DNA of 64,000 nucleotides from the human T2T-CHM13v2.0 reference genome, Homo sapiens: the NCBI RefSeq assembly GCF_009914755.1, contig NC_060928.1. One strand, written 5' to 3'. Position numbers and translations under genes: made by a program. Below are positions 59,854 through 64,000 of the stretch, in pieces. The notes below the pieces were generated by a model. That model saw nothing but the letters and a program-made list of their open reading frames with translations. It was not told where the DNA came from and made no database searches. The stretch's first letter is position 1. Each line of letters opens with the position of its first letter.

Positions 59854-60438
59854 TTACTTCTTGAGTTTCTTTTGGGCAGCTTTCTTCTTGACCATCTGTA
59901 ATCGCTTCATAGCATTGAGCTGTGATTCTTGTGAAGTTGGGCCTTTAAGGGATGCTGAGGGAGAGCTGCTGGATTCTGAAGTAGTTTTGCTGGTAGTACT
60001 TCCACTAGGTCCTGATGTTCCACTATTTCCATTCCCACTTAGTTGGCTGCTGCTTCCTGGAACTAAACTACTTGGACTAGGAAGACCTACTTTGCTGACA
60101 TTGTCACAACTAACTGAGCGACTAAGGCCAGTTTTACCCAAGGTTAGAGGTGGAGGTGGTTTTAAAGGTACAGTGGGCGTAGTGCTGTTATTGGAACCTA
60201 TTTTGGAACCTATTCCACCTTTGGATGATGTTGCCAGACCAGTCAAACCCACAGGTTTCTGGTTAGCTGACGAAGTAGCAGGTTTCCCAGTATTGTTTTG
60301 TGTTGTTGAACTCAATTTTGCTGTTGAAGGACCAGCAGAGGAAGTTTTGGCTGCAAAAGCTGCCCATCCAGTTAAGCCACTAGTTACTGACGAGGAAACG
60401 CTGGCACTAGAAGAATTTCCTGAAATAACTGTGGATGT
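59854..60438 (-). CDS. INTS12: INTS12 (Integrator subunit 12) terminal coding exon
   Basis: Minus-strand acceptor ttatttttttag|ACATCC. 195 codons including stop. Ser/Gly/Thr-rich, [10 protein letters not shown]...[12 protein letters not shown]...[26 protein letters not shown], recognised as the INTS12 C-terminus. Confidence 0.96.
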   Translation of the reverse strand, partial: TSTVISGNSSSASVSSSVTSGLTGWAAFAAKTSSAGPSTAKLSSTTQNNTGKPATSSANQKPVGLTGLATSSKGGIGSKIGSNNSTTPTVPLKPPPPLTLGKTGLSRSVSCDNVSKVGLPSPSSLVPGSSSQLSGNGNSGTSGPSGSTTSKTTSESSSSPSASLKGPTSQESQLNAMKRLQMVKKKAAQKKLKK

Positions 60439-63188
60439 CTAAAAAAATAAAGTAAATAATTACATTAGAGCCAAGTTTAATCAGTACCTGTATAAACATC
60501 CCAAGTTATGAATTGGGAAATTTAAATCACACCACCAAATTAGGTTCTTATGAAGCTGATCTGAAAAACCACACAGAACAAAACTTATCTGTATCTAGTG
60601 GGTATTATCATTTGCAAAGCAGAAAATTTTTGATACCATATTCTTGTTCTAATGATTCCAAAAGAAAATATATGAAATTCCTTTTTGGGAATTGCTTTTA
60701 GATTCAATTCTAAGCTATATCTGAAAACCAGATTTAGTGCTTTAACATAGTTTTTACCCAACAAAGTATTATCGACCTTAGTTAAACATCTAATTCTTTT
60801 AGACTTTTCTCCAAATAACTAGGGATCATTTCAAAAATTTAATTCACTCTTAATAGCAAAAATGCCCATACCCAGAATATTCAGGAGAACATATCCAAGA
60901 TGAAGAGATTCAGTCAATATTTATTTACTGAGTGACTGTGTGAGAGAAAGAAGACAGCTGTATAGATTCTAAACCCATTAAAAAAAAATGTCCTCCTAAA
61001 TTTTGAGCAACAGTTACAGGAGTACAAAATATATGCAAAGTTAATTACTTGGAAGTGTACAATTTTTATGATGTGTTAAAAAGTTCTCATGATTTTAGTT
61101 TCACAATTTGCCCATGATTCCGGTTAAACTATCATGTAAGAGTCTCCTGCTCCTTTAATAAGGATTTTATCAATTGCCTCATTAGGCTGCACAGTGACAT
61201 TTTGGGTAGGACTGATCTCATTCTCTGATATATTTCATAAGGGTATAACACTTCAACTTCTCTGATTAACTTTCCTGGCTAATCAGAAGCTCACAATGGT
61301 ACCAATGCCACTATATAAATACATATTGCTCTTGTTCACACAAGAATATATTTTTTCACTTTCATATTAGGCACAAATGTACGTATTCAAATTAATTTTG
61401 AATTGAACTTCTTATTGACACCTTTTCTACCTTTATACTCTTAAGAAGATTCACAAAAGCATTACATTCACATATAGGTAAAAGATAAAATTTTACAAAA
61501 TAACATCCTACTTAAAAAATGGTAGTTATTATACCTAAAATATATCCAGTTATAATTTAGAACTTTACTCTGAAATAGTTGATAAAACATTTTTAGCTCT
61601 TGAAATCAAGGTAGCCTTCAATATTGTCTGCATGCATACATTTTTAATCAATGTGAAAAGTAACAAAAATAGAGTTCTGAGATATTCGATTTATAAGAGA
61701 AGGAATCCAGATATTTGTCCACATACTCTGAAAATTGATAGGAAGTTTTCTTACAGTAACATATTAACTATCTTATGAAGTTATCCAGAGAAGAAAAACT
61801 ACATAAACCATTTATTCCTAGAGGAATATATACCAGCAATGAGAGAAAAAGTTAGTCAAGAAGTAAACCTTTAATTTTCAGTTATGAAAGACCTAATTTT
61901 TTTTCCTTTTCTTGCTATTAAACATAAAACTGTCTGCCATATGGTTAAATGATCTTTCAAAAAACTTCACAAAAGAAAACCCACCTTTAGTAATTAAAAG
62001 ACCAACACTTAGGAAGTACAAGCAAGAAAGCATGTTCTATGTGTCTGGCATTTCATTTTAATGGCTTGCTGTTGCTTAGTATTGCTTTTCAACAGGATGA
62101 CAGATGGTTTATAATACTATCAGGACACATAGAAGTAATATAACACAAACAATGGAGACCAAGTGATTTCTTACTATTTCAGTGTAGAAAACAAATTTCT
62201 CAAGTTTTTAACTATAAATATTTTCTTGCCTATTTGCTAGATGGGCAAGTTAGAAAAGACATTTGCTTTTTATATGTGAATGGGAACAATTTTTTTATAG
62301 TATAAATTTATTCACTTTTATAAAAAGTGAATTTTTTATTAAAGAAACACAAAACCTCTTAATCAAAACAAATATGACAGCAGTCTTTAATTTGTTTGCC
62401 ATAAAATGATTTCATGTTGAATTTTCTAAAAATAAACTTTAGTAGTAACAGATTAATCTAAAAATCTACTAAAAAGTGATTATATGCAGAATATAGCAAC
62501 TCTAATTACTTTCAATAAACTGGTTATTCTTAATTCTATTCCAATTCACCAAGTTCCTATATGACAAATCAATAATGGATATGCCTTGGATAGCAAATCT
62601 TCCCTGGCAAATTAAAATGAAAAATAATCTCCAAATATAATTATCAATAAGTTTTTAAAAGTATTTCGTATTCATATTCTTTTTCATCACATCAAGGGTA
62701 TGAAGCTTACTACTTACAGTCACTTAGATAAGGCAATAACTTTAGAGTTTTCTCAGGTCAATCTTTGAGAATTTGAGGCTATTTTTTTTTTAATATTTTT
62801 TCTTCCATATTTAGTGCTATGCTTAATATTGGAATGTGTACCTCAGTAAAAGTATTCTTTTTGTTATGAAATTAGATTAGAAAATTATTTTTTTCCATGA
62901 TATAAAAAGGCCAAGATATTAAGAAATAATGTAGTATGATTTCAAGGATGCAAACTTAGGAATGAGAAAGGTGATACCCTCACTAGACAATGTGGTCCCT
63001 TGGTATAAGAGGTAGATAACATTGAAAGTTTATTATAAAGAAACAAAACAAGACAAAGCAAGAAAACTCCTTCAACAGCCAATAAGAAGGGAGAAAAAAA
63101 AATTACAAGGCCAATCTGCTCAAGTAGTGTGGGGAGCAAAATTGTTGCTACTGAGGGCAGAGGTATTTTGAATTTAAACCAGATTTCT

Positions 63189-63509
<321 letters not shown>

Positions 63510-63812
63510 TGAATTTAAACCAGATTTCTGATTGAAGACAAATATCTAACCAGATGAGAATGGTAAAGAATGTCATTTTGGAATGATCATAGACTGTTCG
63601 TATTTGTGATAAAAAGAAAAACAACAGAGTTAGAGATTAATTAATGATATAAATGTTCCCTTTCTACCTAATATAATAGTAGTAAAGTCTTAATTTCTAA
63701 AATATAGCCATTTAGTATATAAAGTTTCTCATTAAATTTTTTATCAAGCAACTATTTTTTAGTCAACTAAACTTTAAGATATAATCTTAGATAAAAATAG
63801 AATCTACTATAC

Positions 63813-63959
63813 CTTGACTTCTGTTCTCTTAAACGCTAGAAAAGTTGTCTCTTGTTTCAGTTTAGTTTCTGGTTTCTTAACCAATGGATCTTTGACAGCT
63901 GGAGTTACAGAAACAACTGCAGGGGCTGGTTTCTGCGGTGGTTTCTGAGTTTTTTGAGC
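63813..63959 (-). CDS. INTS12: INTS12 penultimate coding exon
   Basis: Minus strand gatttttgcag|GCTCAA...GTCAAG|gtatag, 147 nt, phase 0 to 0. [49 protein letters not shown], in frame with the terminal exon. Confidence 0.95.
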
Positions 63960-64000
63960 CTGCAAAAATCAGTGGATTAAATCAGATACAAAATCTTAAC

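Noticed and set aside
59828-60442. 204-aa ORF on + (the longest in the track)
   Set aside because: It is the antisense shadow of the low-complexity INTS12 last exon, with nearly identical bounds. It has no independent promoter, splice or domain evidence.

Overview
Primate (human or great-ape) genomic DNA, AT-rich and dense in Alu, L1, L2, MIR, MaLR and hAT repeats. The + strand carries the 3' two-thirds of ARHGEF38 (Rho GEF with DH, BAR and two SH3 domains). I traced 11 coding exons (probable exons 4-14, including an 18-nt microexon) with GT-AG boundaries and continuous phase to a TAA at 55063, followed by a ~3 kb 3' UTR. The - strand carries the last two coding exons of INTS12, arranged tail to tail with ARHGEF38. 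Gene names and exon numbers come from recognising the peptides from memory, not from a search. The most notable non-canonical items are: an antisense DDX50 retrocopy inside the ARHGEF38 3' UTR, next to a truncated LTR that may supply a switchable poly(A) site; a 155-bp ~95%-identical inverted duplication; inverted Alus flanking phase-0 exon blocks whose circles would have no stop codon; a read-through stop after exon 4 with poly(A) signals next to a full CTCF motif; a piggyBac MER85 between the two gene ends; and splice and poly(A) signals for a possible antisense lncRNA. I see no clear evidence of a wholly new biological system. The findings are testable hypotheses.
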